This document shows, piece after piece, positions 1 through 9,052 of a stretch of DNA of 54,824 bases (positions are counted from its first letter, which is position 1; each line of letters begins with the position of its first letter). The translations under genes and the position numbers were made by a program. Origin of the DNA: a virus (taxonomy: Duplodnaviria > Caudoviricetes); the IMG/VR virus record IMGVR_UViG_3300025671_000082, positions 1-54,824 of that record; one strand, 5' to 3'. Under the pieces are notes generated by a model, which searched no databases, was not told the DNA's origin, and was given only the letters and a program-made list of their open reading frames with translations.

Positions 1-260
1 TTTCATAGTCCCAAAGTTTAGTACATCCTAAGCTTAAAGTCAGGTTCTATAGGATTTAGCCTGTAATGTATAATTAAAGATATATCTAAAGATATAGTTA
101 GTTTTTATGTAGTATAAAAAAAAAAAACAAAAAGAACAAACATAATAATACAAAAACAAAAGAAATAAGTTTTAAATTATACATCTTAAATTTATTCTTT
201 ATTACCCACCCCCCACAGGTACCCTCCCCAAAGATTCCTATCGGGAGTAGCCCCGTTCTA

Positions 261-278
261 TCATAAGGGTCAAGTATT
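261..278 (-). promoter_or_regulatory. Class A repeated motif (AATACTTGACCCTTATGA), candidate phage RNAP promoter
   Basis: Identical 18-mer at five intergenic sites, all in gene orientation; promoter function is inferred. Confidence 0.7.
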
Positions 279-344
279 TTTTTATTCTATAAAAACAAGG
301 TAGTTTTGGTACCTAGTTTTGGGGTAATTAGCCCCGCTTTTTGC

Positions 345-425
345 AAAAAAAAAATAAAGATACACCCCCACCACCCCCCGAGAAACCCCGTTAAGGGTCT
401 CCCAGAGAGCAGCAGAGGCGTATCT
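345..425 (-). terminator. Long GC-rich hairpin followed by U-tract, probable terminator of the replication/metabolism block
   Basis: Plus-strand arms agatacacc...ggcgtatct enclose an inner gagaaaccc/gggtctc stem; the A-run near 346-355 is a U-tail on the minus strand. Confidence 0.55.
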
Positions 426-431
426 AAGGTA

Positions 432-611
432 TTAAACCAAGAACCCTATTTGTCCAGCTACAGTACCTTCGTAGTAGCTATAATAGGTGTTCCAGTTTAA
501 GGTGTATTCTTGTGTGTTGTATTCAACGATCATTACATCGTTAATGTAGTCAGTATACAAACACTTGACGATAAGCTCACCGCCCCTTTTCATGTAAAAT
601 ACTTCAGACAT
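432..611 (-). CDS. Small hypothetical protein (59 aa, below the ORF-track cutoff)
   Basis: ATG at 611 abuts the upstream stop; open to TAA at 432. Confidence 0.5.
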   Translation of the reverse strand: MSEVFYMKRGGELIVKCLYTDYINDVMIVEYNTQEYTLNWNTYYSYYEGTVAGQIGFLV

Positions 612-1049
612 TTACTTCTTCCAATGTGAGAGACAAACAAGCTCTACTTCTTCAGGGTTAGGGAGTTTGATTACATCCTCCCAATACTCTTCTGCTACTA
701 CTACAACAGGGTAATAGCCTTCTTCAATAAACCCTACGTGGTGTACTTGTTCATACCGGTGTAGAGAGTAAGGAAGAGAGCCAATACTCCGAGTAAGGTT
801 AGCAGACTTCTGTTCAACTGGGTCTGTTACAACAAACTCTTTAGTCATGTCTTTCCAGAGGTAACGGATAAGTTCTTCTGTAAAGTCATCTACCCCATAG
901 ATAGCTACGATAGAAAGATCTTTGTAGTCTCGCTTGAACTGTTCTTTAGCTGTGTCTGGGCGAGGTTTCAACCGGATCTTCTTTGGTTTACTGTCAGTAG
1001 AACCCTTTGGACGCCCCGGTTTACGTTTAGTTTCGTTCTGTTCAGTCAT
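612..1049 (-). CDS. Hypothetical protein with basic AT-hook-like N-terminus (RKPGRPKG)
   Basis: ORF coupled to its neighbours; GRP motif seen. Confidence 0.6.
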   Translation of the reverse strand: MTEQNETKRKPGRPKGSTDSKPKKIRLKPRPDTAKEQFKRDYKDLSIVAIYGVDDFTEELIRYLWKDMTKEFVVTDPVEQKSANLTRSIGSLPYSLHRYEQVHHVGFIEEGYYPVVVVAEEYWEDVIKLPNPEEVELVCLSHWKK

Positions 1050-1272
1050 CCAGCTCTTCCTTCAGTCCTGTATAACCACCGGGGATAAGTTTAAGAACTT
1101 GAGGTACGGTTTTAACTTTCATGTCATCTACCAAAAAGTGTTTCCATACAGAGTCTAAGATACAATCCCCAGAGGTGATGTCTACATAAACATACTCTAG
1201 TTCTTTTGAGTCCAACAGTTCTTTTGCCTTATCACAATAAGGACAGTTCTGCCGACCAATAACGAGATACAT
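1042..1272 (-). CDS. Glutaredoxin
   Basis: CPYC active site, TVPQV and GGY motifs; near nrdJ. Confidence 0.9.
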   Translation of the reverse strand: MYLVIGRQNCPYCDKAKELLDSKELEYVYVDITSGDCILDSVWKHFLVDDMKVKTVPQVLKLIPGGYTGLKEELDD

Positions 1273-1442
1273 TATTCTTCTTCCTCTTCAGCTATTGTGA
1301 GAGCAGTTTCAACCCCTGCGCAAAACACCTCGAACAGCATGTCGTTAATAGAGCCTTCAGGGTCAAGCTCATAGTCTTTAAGGAACTCTTCGAATTGCTC
1401 TTCCAGAAATTCCAGTCCTACTTCGATACTTTCTTCTTTCAT
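1272..1442 (-). CDS. Small acidic hypothetical protein (56 aa)
   Basis: ATGA overlap with the upstream gene and TAATG overlap with glutaredoxin. Confidence 0.55.
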   Translation of the reverse strand: MKEESIEVGLEFLEEQFEEFLKDYELDPEGSINDMLFEVFCAGVETALTIAEEEEE

Positions 1443-1642
1443 TTCTTATCTCCCTTCAGTTCTGCGAGGGTGGTACGAGCGATTTCCTCATACCGTAGAT
1501 ACCAACCTGCCCTCCACTTGTAGATTTCTGGTTTTGTCCAATCAACGTCAGGTCCAGTTTTAGATCGCGCTATTTCTTTCAGCGCAGTCAGAGCCTTCGT
1601 CAGTTTGGCTTCCAGTTCTTCTATGTGGTCAGCTGCACTCAT
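1439..1642 (-). CDS. Hypothetical protein sharing ELEAKL and RTTLAELKGDK segments with the adjacent gene
   Basis: ORF track; shared DNA repeat. Confidence 0.65.
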   Translation of the reverse strand: MSAADHIEELEAKLTKALTALKEIARSKTGPDVDWTKPEIYKWRAGWYLRYEEIARTTLAELKGDKK

Positions 1643-1914
1643 TCTTTGTCCCCCTTCAGTTCTGCGAGGGTGGTGCGGGTCATTTGCATGGTGCAGGATG
1701 AAACGGGTGGGTTAGCCTCTGAGCAGTCTCCGTGACAATATGGACAGCCCGATGATTGCCAATCTTCAATACACGCCACCGCGTTAGCCAGCTTGGCTTC
1801 CAGTTCTTTGTAAAGGTCTTCGCGGACGTATCCTATGTCGCAGCTGTATTGTTTTTCGCATTCAGAAAACCGAATATCGGGGTCCATCCAAATCCGTTCA
1901 GGTGCGTCATTCAT
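1639..1914 (-). CDS. Hypothetical protein (APERIW N-terminus, CxxC-type cysteines)
   Basis: ORF track; ATGA-coupled on both sides. Confidence 0.65.
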   Translation of the reverse strand: MNDAPERIWMDPDIRFSECEKQYSCDIGYVREDLYKELEAKLANAVACIEDWQSSGCPYCHGDCSEANPPVSSCTMQMTRTTLAELKGDKE

Positions 1915-2609
1915 TCCTTATCTCCTTCCAGATAGGTCATTCTTTCAAGTACACCGATAGGGTCCACGGCGTTCCAAAACGTGTCAGCATCAGCAGCAGC
2001 ATCAGCAGCAGCATAAGCAGTAGCATAAGCAGCATAAGCAGCAGCATAAGCAGCATTAGCAGCATCAGCATTAGCATTAGCAGCATAAGCAGCATCAGCA
2101 GCATTAGCATTAGCATCAGCATTAGCAGCATCAGCAGCAGCAGTAGCAGCATAAGCAGCAGCAGGAGCACTAGCAGCACGAACAGCGCAACGGGTCGCCT
2201 CGCTTGTCTTTAGGCGACACATATTACTCCACTCTACGCCGAATCCTCTTTCATCAGCCAGCGGCTGTATTTGCGGAAGCACAGTAGACCACATCCAGTC
2301 CATTAGGACCGCCAGACGCTCTTTCTCTTTGGCTCGGCCTGTCCCTGCCATTTCTGGTAAAAGGCGTTTATAGCGGGCGCTGTTGCGCATCTCGCCGGGC
2401 ATGGCATCCTGCAAGGTGATTGTTGCCTTACCGAGAACTTTGCTCATGCAATCTGGGATTTCGTCGGTTAGTTCGCCGCTGATTGCTAGGTTGATCGCAG
2501 CAATGGAGCAGGCGCTTTCTTCCGTTCCAAGACCTAATGGCAAGGTGTGGTTGGCAAGATAGTCTTCCAGTTTCACACGCTGTTCTGTGGTGAATGTAGT
2601 CATTAACAT
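1911..2609 (-). CDS. Hypothetical protein with Ala-rich low-complexity C-terminal repeat
   Basis: GCT-based repeat at about 1985-2180 reads as AADAANA/AAYAA in this frame. Confidence 0.7.
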   Translation of the reverse strand: MLMTTFTTEQRVKLEDYLANHTLPLGLGTEESACSIAAINLAISGELTDEIPDCMSKVLGKATITLQDAMPGEMRNSARYKRLLPEMAGTGRAKEKERLAVLMDWMWSTVLPQIQPLADERGFGVEWSNMCRLKTSEATRCAVRAASAPAAAYAATAAADAANADANANAADAAYAANANADAANAAYAAAYAAYATAYAAADAAADADTFWNAVDPIGVLERMTYLEGDKE

Positions 2610-2999
2610 AACTCCTCATAGATAGTTATTCCGATGTGACAGTAGCCTGTCTCCTGCTTTACCTCAATGTGTTCTTCAGGCAGAAGGCCTTCCAGAACCC
2701 TAGCAAGACGCTGAAGAGAGTCCTTTGCGTCCTCTGGAAAGGTTATGGTGTACATAGTGTCTTTCGAGTCTACGTCACGTCTACTCATTAGTCAACTCCT
2801 TCCAAAAGACTTTCCACCTAGGTATGTCATGCCAATCGTAGCAGAGGGGGTGGTGCCTAGGGCCTCCACGCCACATATCCTTCGGTCCGCAGAGTTGGAC
2901 TCTACCTTCGTCGTCCATCAGTGCGGTCTTGTTACCATACGGAAAGTCTATTTCTGGTCCGGTAAAAACGACAGTTTTCATGCTGTAAGTGCCTCCCAT
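2603..2999 (-). other. Two small hypothetical ORFs (2603-2788, 2781-2999)
   Basis: Overlapping start/stop arrangement typical of phage operons. Confidence 0.55.
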
Positions 3000-3748
3000 G
3001 ATACAGGGTATAACGGTTGGATAATCTCAACGATCTGTTTAGCCAAGTCTTGTGTCTCCTTCTGTGCATGACTGTCACTACGTTGGATATACATATTAGC
3101 CCAAGCATACAAGTTGCCCGTAGCGATCACCTCAGTGTACATGGACTGTGGTAGTACCATACGTGCTTGTTCTGGTGCTACTCCTCCGTCAATCATACGA
3201 TTGTACAAGGTGATAGACCTTTTCATTTCAATGCCGTACAAATACTCTGGGGATTTCCTGTTTGTAAAGTCTCCGAGGTTGGTTACAGCCTCATCAGACT
3301 TCTTACGCCATAACTCAGGCACATAGAACTCAGGCTCACTATCAAACTCCATCTCGCTAAAATCAATGTCCTTTGTTTGTAACATAATCTGACGAGCTAC
3401 AAAGATAGGCATCTTGAGGTGCAACGTGATAGCTGTATGAGCGAAGGGCGACCAATGGCTAGGTATCTTACGGATGTGGGTTAGTAGTCCCTCTAAGTCT
3501 TCCTCAGTATCAAGGCCAGTGACATAACCCAACCCGGCGTTGCCAACCTTATGACGCACATTAGCCCAATCACCAGACGTACAACCACGAGCAAGGAACT
3601 GGATTAGGATTTGGTCTTTCTTGGATAGTACCTTTTCCTCCCCTGTGTGTATACGGGGTAGCCACTCACTACGTTTATCGAAGCTAACCTTGGCTGCATT
3701 GACTACAGACAGGTCAGTTCCCATATGGTCGATGTATGTTGCTTTCAT
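2978..3748 (-). CDS. thyX: ThyX-like flavin-dependent thymidylate synthase homolog with degenerate catalytic motif
   Basis: MGTDLSVVNAAKVSF, HWSPF, PIFVARQ, EQARMVLPQSMYTE and HAQKE motifs present; the RH...SxRY motif is missing. Confidence 0.8.
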   Translation of the reverse strand: MKATYIDHMGTDLSVVNAAKVSFDKRSEWLPRIHTGEEKVLSKKDQILIQFLARGCTSGDWANVRHKVGNAGLGYVTGLDTEEDLEGLLTHIRKIPSHWSPFAHTAITLHLKMPIFVARQIMLQTKDIDFSEMEFDSEPEFYVPELWRKKSDEAVTNLGDFTNRKSPEYLYGIEMKRSITLYNRMIDGGVAPEQARMVLPQSMYTEVIATGNLYAWANMYIQRSDSHAQKETQDLAKQIVEIIQPLYPVSWEALTA

Positions 3749-3831
3749 TCTACAGTTTTCCTAGTTTAGTTTGGGTTAACGAGCAGTTTCATCACTTGCT
3801 CAGGTGGGTTCCTTCTACGGTGATTCGTAGG

Positions 3832-3903
3832 CTATGTCAAGTCAACAATCTCACAACTATCCCCAGAGCAGGTCATAGTCTGGATACCAGAAGTATTGTC
3901 CTC
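3832..3903 (-). repeat. Diverged duplicate of the nrdJ 3' end (EDNTSGIQTMTCSGDSCEIVDLT*)
   Basis: 64/72 identical to 4603-4674 by manual alignment. Confidence 0.9.
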
Positions 3904-3947
3904 AAGTTTAACCCAACACTCTTTTACTTTAGGGTGTGGAACTGTAT

Positions 3948-4592
3948 TTAATAAGCACCTATGATTTGCTCCTGTGTTGGACATTGGTCTACGAAGATAC
4001 CTGAGAAGTGGTGTTTCTCACGCAGGTTCCTGAAGTCTTTTGTGTTCTTGACTGCGAAGAAACGACAGGCTGAAGTACGGAAGACCATCCAACGATAGAA
4101 CTCCTTACCGTAACCCCAGTCTTGGAACAGGAAAGCCATGCGAATGTTAAGCTCTGACATAGCTCGACCGTAGGTCTCAGGAGAGGCAACGACAGGGAAG
4201 GAACCTGTGTGCGGTCCATGAAACCATGCCTCACCTTCTACGATAACCTTGTTATGGTTGGACGCTGCGATAAAGGCGCAGGCTGAGATACAGAGGCGTT
4301 GCTCTGGGATAATCATAGGTAGGTTAGCCTCCCGTACTAGCCGAGCAATAGCCAAGGCAGGTTGTACGTAGCCTCCCGGTCCCCAGATGGAGATGGAGAG
4401 CACATCCTCTGTCTTAAGAGCTTCATTAATCTCCCTCCATTGGTCCCATGTTGTAGGGCCGTTGATCTGTAGCTGATTAGACTCCTTCTCGTATACCACT
4501 CTGGCATATGCAGTATCAGCAAAGATTGCTGCAAGCATCAAGGCGATAACCAGTATATAGAACATCCAATATTTTTGCCAAAGGTCTTTCAT
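3948..4592 (-). CDS. Exported ClpP/crotonase-like fold protein
   Basis: Hydrophobic signal-like N-terminus; GPGG and CISACAF motifs; downstream FH. Confidence 0.6.
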   Translation of the reverse strand: MKDLWQKYWMFYILVIALMLAAIFADTAYARVVYEKESNQLQINGPTTWDQWREINEALKTEDVLSISIWGPGGYVQPALAIARLVREANLPMIIPEQRLCISACAFIAASNHNKVIVEGEAWFHGPHTGSFPVVASPETYGRAMSELNIRMAFLFQDWGYGKEFYRWMVFRTSACRFFAVKNTKDFRNLREKHHFSGIFVDQCPTQEQIIGAY

Positions 4593-4602
4593 TATTTTCT
4601 CC

Positions 4603-6576
4603 TTATGTCAAGTCTACAATTTCACAACTATCCCCAGAGCAGGCCATAGTCTGCATACCAGAGGTGTTGTCTTCCTGTTCATACTCCGAAAGTTTAGACC
4701 AGTCAATAGACTTAGGCATAACCTCAAGCAAGTCCTTGTAGGCGGGGGTTACAAGTTTTTCTGTGTAATCATCATACACCCCTTCTGTCTCCCCTGTCTC
4801 CTGATAAGGTGCCTGCTGGTATGTACCACCGTCATACGGCAGAAACGATACACCAGACATCTCATCAAAGTGCTCATAGACGAAAGCACCTACTTCCATC
4901 CACTCGTCATCTTTTACGGACACAGTGATAGAAGGCTTGTGCTCACACCAGTGACGCTGATAGATCAACCAAGTCTTCAGTTGCTCCATAGCAGACACAT
5001 CATTACGAACCACTGCATTATCAGGTGACTTCACAGGGAAGCTGAACACTGTGGTAGTATCTGGCTTCATAACACAAGGCTCATTAGGGATACCTTGGTC
5101 CTTCATGAACTGTGTCAAAGGGTCTTTATTGTCTCCTCTTACTGTCCGAATATAATAGGGAGAATGACGGGTATGAATACCGCTGGCACTGTCCACAAGC
5201 TGGCTAACAGTACCAGAAGGCTTAACGCAAGTGATAGCCGCAGAAACAGGGATATCAAGACGATCAGACCACTCAGCATTAGTAGCGACAGCAATACCTC
5301 GAAGATGCTCAAGGGTCTTCTCCAATCCTTCGTTTGCTGAAGTCATCAGCGGGTTGTCCATAATACCTGTCAGGCTGACACCCAACAAGCGTTCTTCCTC
5401 AGTATTACGTTGCCATACCTTACGCAGATACGGGAAGTGTGTGTATGTACTTTGGATAGTACCAAGGATGGTAGCAAGGCGAACCTTACGCTCCAAGTCC
5501 TCAATGGTATCTGTTGCTCGTACAACAACCTCGGTCAAGTTGCAGAACTGATATGGCCGCAGGATAATCTCTGAGCAAGGGTTTGTTCCAAACTCAAAGT
5601 TAGGGTCACGACGTCCATTCTTCTCTGCCTGCTTCTTGCTGGCCTGACGGTTGAACACACCACGTTCACCTGACTTACTCTCTACAAGGGCAAGCCACTC
5701 ACGCATGAAGGTCTCCATGTCAGGCTTCTCCGTGTAGCTTACAGAGTTGTTAGCCAAGGCACGTTGTCCTTGGTTTTCCCACCACTGTCCTGACTTAGCA
5801 TGACGCATACGATCATCAGACAAGTTACTAAGGCTAATCATAGCAGAGCGGCGTACACCACCTACAACTACAACTTCACCAATCTTACACATGATGTCGT
5901 GGCACTCAATTGAGGACAACTTACGACCAGTAGCACCTTTGAACTTCTCTACAGTAAACTGGAACAGATCAACCAGAGGAGCAGGGCCAGACGCACGACC
6001 CCCGAAGGTTTTGAGTTTAGCGCCAGCAGGGCGAATCTTGGACACGTCCCACTTAGGGATTTCACCAGCCCACAGAAGAGACAGCAGTTGCCGGTAAGCC
6101 TTAGTCCAACCTTCCTTGCTGTCCTTAACAACAATAGTCGTGTCGCTCATAAACAGCAGGTCAGGAATTTCAGGCAACTTGCTGATGAACTGACGCTCAA
6201 CAGAGAACCCTACACCAGTACCACACAACAAGATGAACATAGCCTCATCAAAGGACTTGGGGTCATCTACTGGCAAGTACGAACAGTTGTACATACAGGT
6301 GTTGTCACGGTCTGCTGCCTTGCCCGCTGTCATCAAGGACCGCATAGAGGGCATAACCTCAAGGTCAAGGATGGCAGTTTTGAGTTCGTATGATACTCCT
6401 TGCATATCACTGTCTCTGCCATTCAGAGGCTTTAGCTTGTTATTTACTACATTGTCGATATACCGATCAACAGTCTCAGCGAAGGTCTCACGTCGCCCCT
6501 TGTCTTCAAGCCACTTGGCATAACGACTAAGCGCAATGAAAGATTGATAGTCAGTTGGTAGAATGTTGTTTGTCAT
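4603..6576 (-). CDS. nrdJ: Class II (B12-dependent) ribonucleotide reductase
   Basis: YNCS, GGVRRSA, TNPCSE and VKPSGTVS motifs; C-terminal CxxxxC; no small-subunit gene nearby. Confidence 0.9.
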   Translation of the reverse strand: MTNNILPTDYQSFIALSRYAKWLEDKGRRETFAETVDRYIDNVVNNKLKPLNGRDSDMQGVSYELKTAILDLEVMPSMRSLMTAGKAADRDNTCMYNCSYLPVDDPKSFDEAMFILLCGTGVGFSVERQFISKLPEIPDLLFMSDTTIVVKDSKEGWTKAYRQLLSLLWAGEIPKWDVSKIRPAGAKLKTFGGRASGPAPLVDLFQFTVEKFKGATGRKLSSIECHDIMCKIGEVVVVGGVRRSAMISLSNLSDDRMRHAKSGQWWENQGQRALANNSVSYTEKPDMETFMREWLALVESKSGERGVFNRQASKKQAEKNGRRDPNFEFGTNPCSEIILRPYQFCNLTEVVVRATDTIEDLERKVRLATILGTIQSTYTHFPYLRKVWQRNTEEERLLGVSLTGIMDNPLMTSANEGLEKTLEHLRGIAVATNAEWSDRLDIPVSAAITCVKPSGTVSQLVDSASGIHTRHSPYYIRTVRGDNKDPLTQFMKDQGIPNEPCVMKPDTTTVFSFPVKSPDNAVVRNDVSAMEQLKTWLIYQRHWCEHKPSITVSVKDDEWMEVGAFVYEHFDEMSGVSFLPYDGGTYQQAPYQETGETEGVYDDYTEKLVTPAYKDLLEVMPKSIDWSKLSEYEQEDNTSGMQTMACSGDSCEIVDLT

Positions 6577-6650
6577 TTGGTTTCCAGTCCTCGCTCATCT
6601 TTGTCTTCTTTAAGCCATACCATACGGTCAATGTCTGAACGGCTAATGCT
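6573..6650 (-). pseudogene. 5'-truncated gene remnant (SISRSDIDRMVWLKEDKDERGLETK*), DUF1127-like tail
   Basis: Stop overlaps the nrdJ ATG; in-frame TAG at 6678-6680 just upstream; resemblance to the DIG[IL]xRxDI motif is from recall. Confidence 0.5.
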
Positions 6651-6665
6651 ACAAAGCCCGTACAA
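6651..6665 (+). repeat. Motif C (ACAAAGCCCGTACAA), copy 1
   Basis: Also at 26746-26758, 28372-28386 and inverted at 29324-29338. Confidence 0.75.
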
Positions 6666-6703
6666 ACCACTAAAATTCTAAGTATTTTACCTGTCGCTTC
6701 CAC

Positions 6704-7195
6704 TTAATTATCCGCCTCTACAGGCGTTTCGGGTGTTTCAAGTTCTTCTTTATCTTCCAAAGGCGAACCGATGTTTTGGCCGGTCTTAATCAATACCCAA
6801 GCCCAAAGCATAAAGTCTTTTTCTTCTTGATTAAACTTATTCAAGTCTTCAAGAAATTTGACACAGTGTTCTGGCGTTTTGATTGCCCCATGCATGAAAA
6901 AATTTGCGTAATGCCAAGCCTTCTGGAACTTTGCAGGGATGTCGTTAATAGAATACATCTTATTCTCCTAGTTTAGTTTTAAGTTTGTGATTGATTTAGA
7001 AAGCACGCTGTTAGCATACTCGTAAATTTGTTTTGCTCCTTCTTCTTCTTCTGGTTCGTCTAACGCGTCCATATATTCAGTTATAGACTCTCGCACAAAT
7101 GCTGCGATAGCAGGAGATACATTATTTAGATTAGGTCTTCCATCTAACGCTAAGTTTAGAGCTATACTAAGTAGAAGGTAGTCTTTTTCGTCCAT
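6704..7195 (-). other. Two hypothetical ORFs (6704-6958, 6968-7195)
   Basis: ORF track; tightly packed after the primase-helicase. Confidence 0.6.
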
Positions 7196-7196
7196 T

Positions 7197-8861
7197 TTAT
7201 ACCCTTTGAAATTGACCTGAGCCTTGGTGTTCTGCTACTTCTTCGAAGTCTGCTCCTTGTGTGAGTCTTCCAGTAGAAAAGTTATATAGCAATGCTCCGG
7301 ATGGACCTGTAAGACCAGTATAACGGCATTTGAGGACTTTTGTTTTAATCGTGTTTCTTTCAAGTTCATCGGCGCTACCTACGTTACGAGCAAAGGCAAT
7401 GATGTCCATGCTAATCTGTTTAATAGAACCAGAACCACGAATATCGTCCATAGAAGGAAGTTTACCTTCTTCGAAGGATTTACCTTTGTTATCAGTCTTG
7501 CGAAGATGGCTGATAAGGCCAATCCATACGTTATGCTTCTTAACTAACCGAAGCAGGTCGTTCATAATTTTATCAATTGCTTCGTTTCCTGTAAGCCCTT
7601 CTGTTCCTTCCGAGGCTAGAATTGTGATGTGGTCCACAAAAAGATACTTAGCACCGCTGAGACACATGTACTCAAGGAAGTCCATAATAGAACCATCAGA
7701 GATTGAGCCTTGGTGGTCCAATACGAGAACGCGATCGTCTCCAAATACTTTTTCATAACCTTCCTTAAGCTCATTAAGTGGTATTTCCTCTGCTGCTGGA
7801 TTTCTGTTTAAAGCCATACCACTCATTTTACGAGCAGTCTCGGCAGGAGATTCTTCAAGAGATACGATACCGATTTTGTCTTCAGTAGCCTCTAGCAAGT
7901 GAACAGCAATCTCACGTAGTAGTGTAGATTTACCTGAGCCTGTGCCAGAGGTCCAAAGCGTAATTTCACCGAATCGCATACCCTTAAGCTTGTCATTTAG
8001 CCCTCCCATGAAGTCAGGGTAAGGGATAGACTCTAGCTCGTTGTAAGACTCAAGTTGAGACCACAAGTCTTCTTTAGTAAGAATACCGGCAGGAGTGTAC
8101 TCGACCGAGTCATAAATGGTACTAAGAAGCTTGTCAGGCTCTTTAATCCAAAGGTCGGATGCGTCTTTCTCTGCCGACTTGGCCACCTTAACTTTGTCAT
8201 AGCCAATAATACGAGCTGCTTCTTTTGTAGCTTTACGGCCAGCATCGTCATTATCAAACCAAAGGATAACCTCATCAAAGTTTCGAACCCAGTCTCGCTC
8301 TTCAACTAAGTCTTTAACTGAAGAAGCAGAACGAAGAGATACGACAGGATAGAAGGTTTTATAGCGTTTGAACCATGCGGATTGTACCGCCATAGCATCT
8401 AGTTCACCTTCTGTAATAACCAGCCGCTTACCGCCGTTGAAGAGGTTTTGACCGAACAAACCACCTCGGACTTTGCCAACAGAGGTAAAGTCTTTAGGTA
8501 GCTTTCTAATCTTATACCCTACCAGATTATCTTCTTTGTAGTAAGGGTAGTAATGACTATCGATGTTTCCATCCATGTCGTAAGACACCCTAACACCGTA
8601 GTGTTGAGATACTTGTTTAAAAATATTTCTTTCTTTAAACCCTCGACTAGCGAAGTCTTCTTGTATTTCTTGTAGGCTTGGGCCATAAGAAACAGGTTCA
8701 AAGTCTGTGTTGTTATTGTTTGCCAAAGAAATTCTTTCTTTTGGAGCTTGAGTTGACTTGCGACAGCTAAAGCAGAAAGATGAACCGTCTTCATAAATCT
8801 GACGAGCGTCTGAACTACCACAACTATCGCAAGGTTGATTCTTCGTAACAATGCGGCCCAA
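7197..8861 (-). CDS. T7 gp4-like DNA primase-helicase
   Basis: N-terminal CxxC...CxxC zinc finger, TOPRIM motifs (EGELD, FDND), Walker A GTGSGKST, VDH, RGSGSIKQ. Confidence 0.95.
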   Translation of the reverse strand: MGRIVTKNQPCDSCGSSDARQIYEDGSSFCFSCRKSTQAPKERISLANNNNTDFEPVSYGPSLQEIQEDFASRGFKERNIFKQVSQHYGVRVSYDMDGNIDSHYYPYYKEDNLVGYKIRKLPKDFTSVGKVRGGLFGQNLFNGGKRLVITEGELDAMAVQSAWFKRYKTFYPVVSLRSASSVKDLVEERDWVRNFDEVILWFDNDDAGRKATKEAARIIGYDKVKVAKSAEKDASDLWIKEPDKLLSTIYDSVEYTPAGILTKEDLWSQLESYNELESIPYPDFMGGLNDKLKGMRFGEITLWTSGTGSGKSTLLREIAVHLLEATEDKIGIVSLEESPAETARKMSGMALNRNPAAEEIPLNELKEGYEKVFGDDRVLVLDHQGSISDGSIMDFLEYMCLSGAKYLFVDHITILASEGTEGLTGNEAIDKIMNDLLRLVKKHNVWIGLISHLRKTDNKGKSFEEGKLPSMDDIRGSGSIKQISMDIIAFARNVGSADELERNTIKTKVLKCRYTGLTGPSGALLYNFSTGRLTQGADFEEVAEHQGSGQFQRV

Positions 8862-8864
8862 AGG

Positions 8865-9050
8865 TTACTCCTTTTGAGATTTTATCGAAAAAACAATATC
8901 CGCTAGTTCTCGAAATAGCAGGAACAGCGTAATACCAACCAACATGTTAAAATTAACAATTTCTAGAAAACCAAGCAAACCCATAACTAGGGCGCTTAGC
9001 CCAGCTAAATAAATTACTATCGCCGACATAAGCTTTGTAGTCATTTTCAT
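8865..9050 (-). CDS. Small membrane protein with two hydrophobic segments
   Basis: Hydrophobic composition. Confidence 0.55.
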   Translation of the reverse strand: MKMTTKLMSAIVIYLAGLSALVMGLLGFLEIVNFNMLVGITLFLLFRELADIVFSIKSQKE

Positions 9051-9052
9051 AG

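Noticed and set aside
115-170. A-rich run as a poly(A) or retroelement signature
   Set aside because: Part of an AT-rich intergenic tract with no target-site duplication or reverse transcriptase; homopolymer length may be a sequencing artefact
1902-2213. Poly-Ser (plus strand) and poly-Leu (1937-2179) ORFs
   Set aside because: Shadow frames of the Ala-rich repeat in 1911-2609
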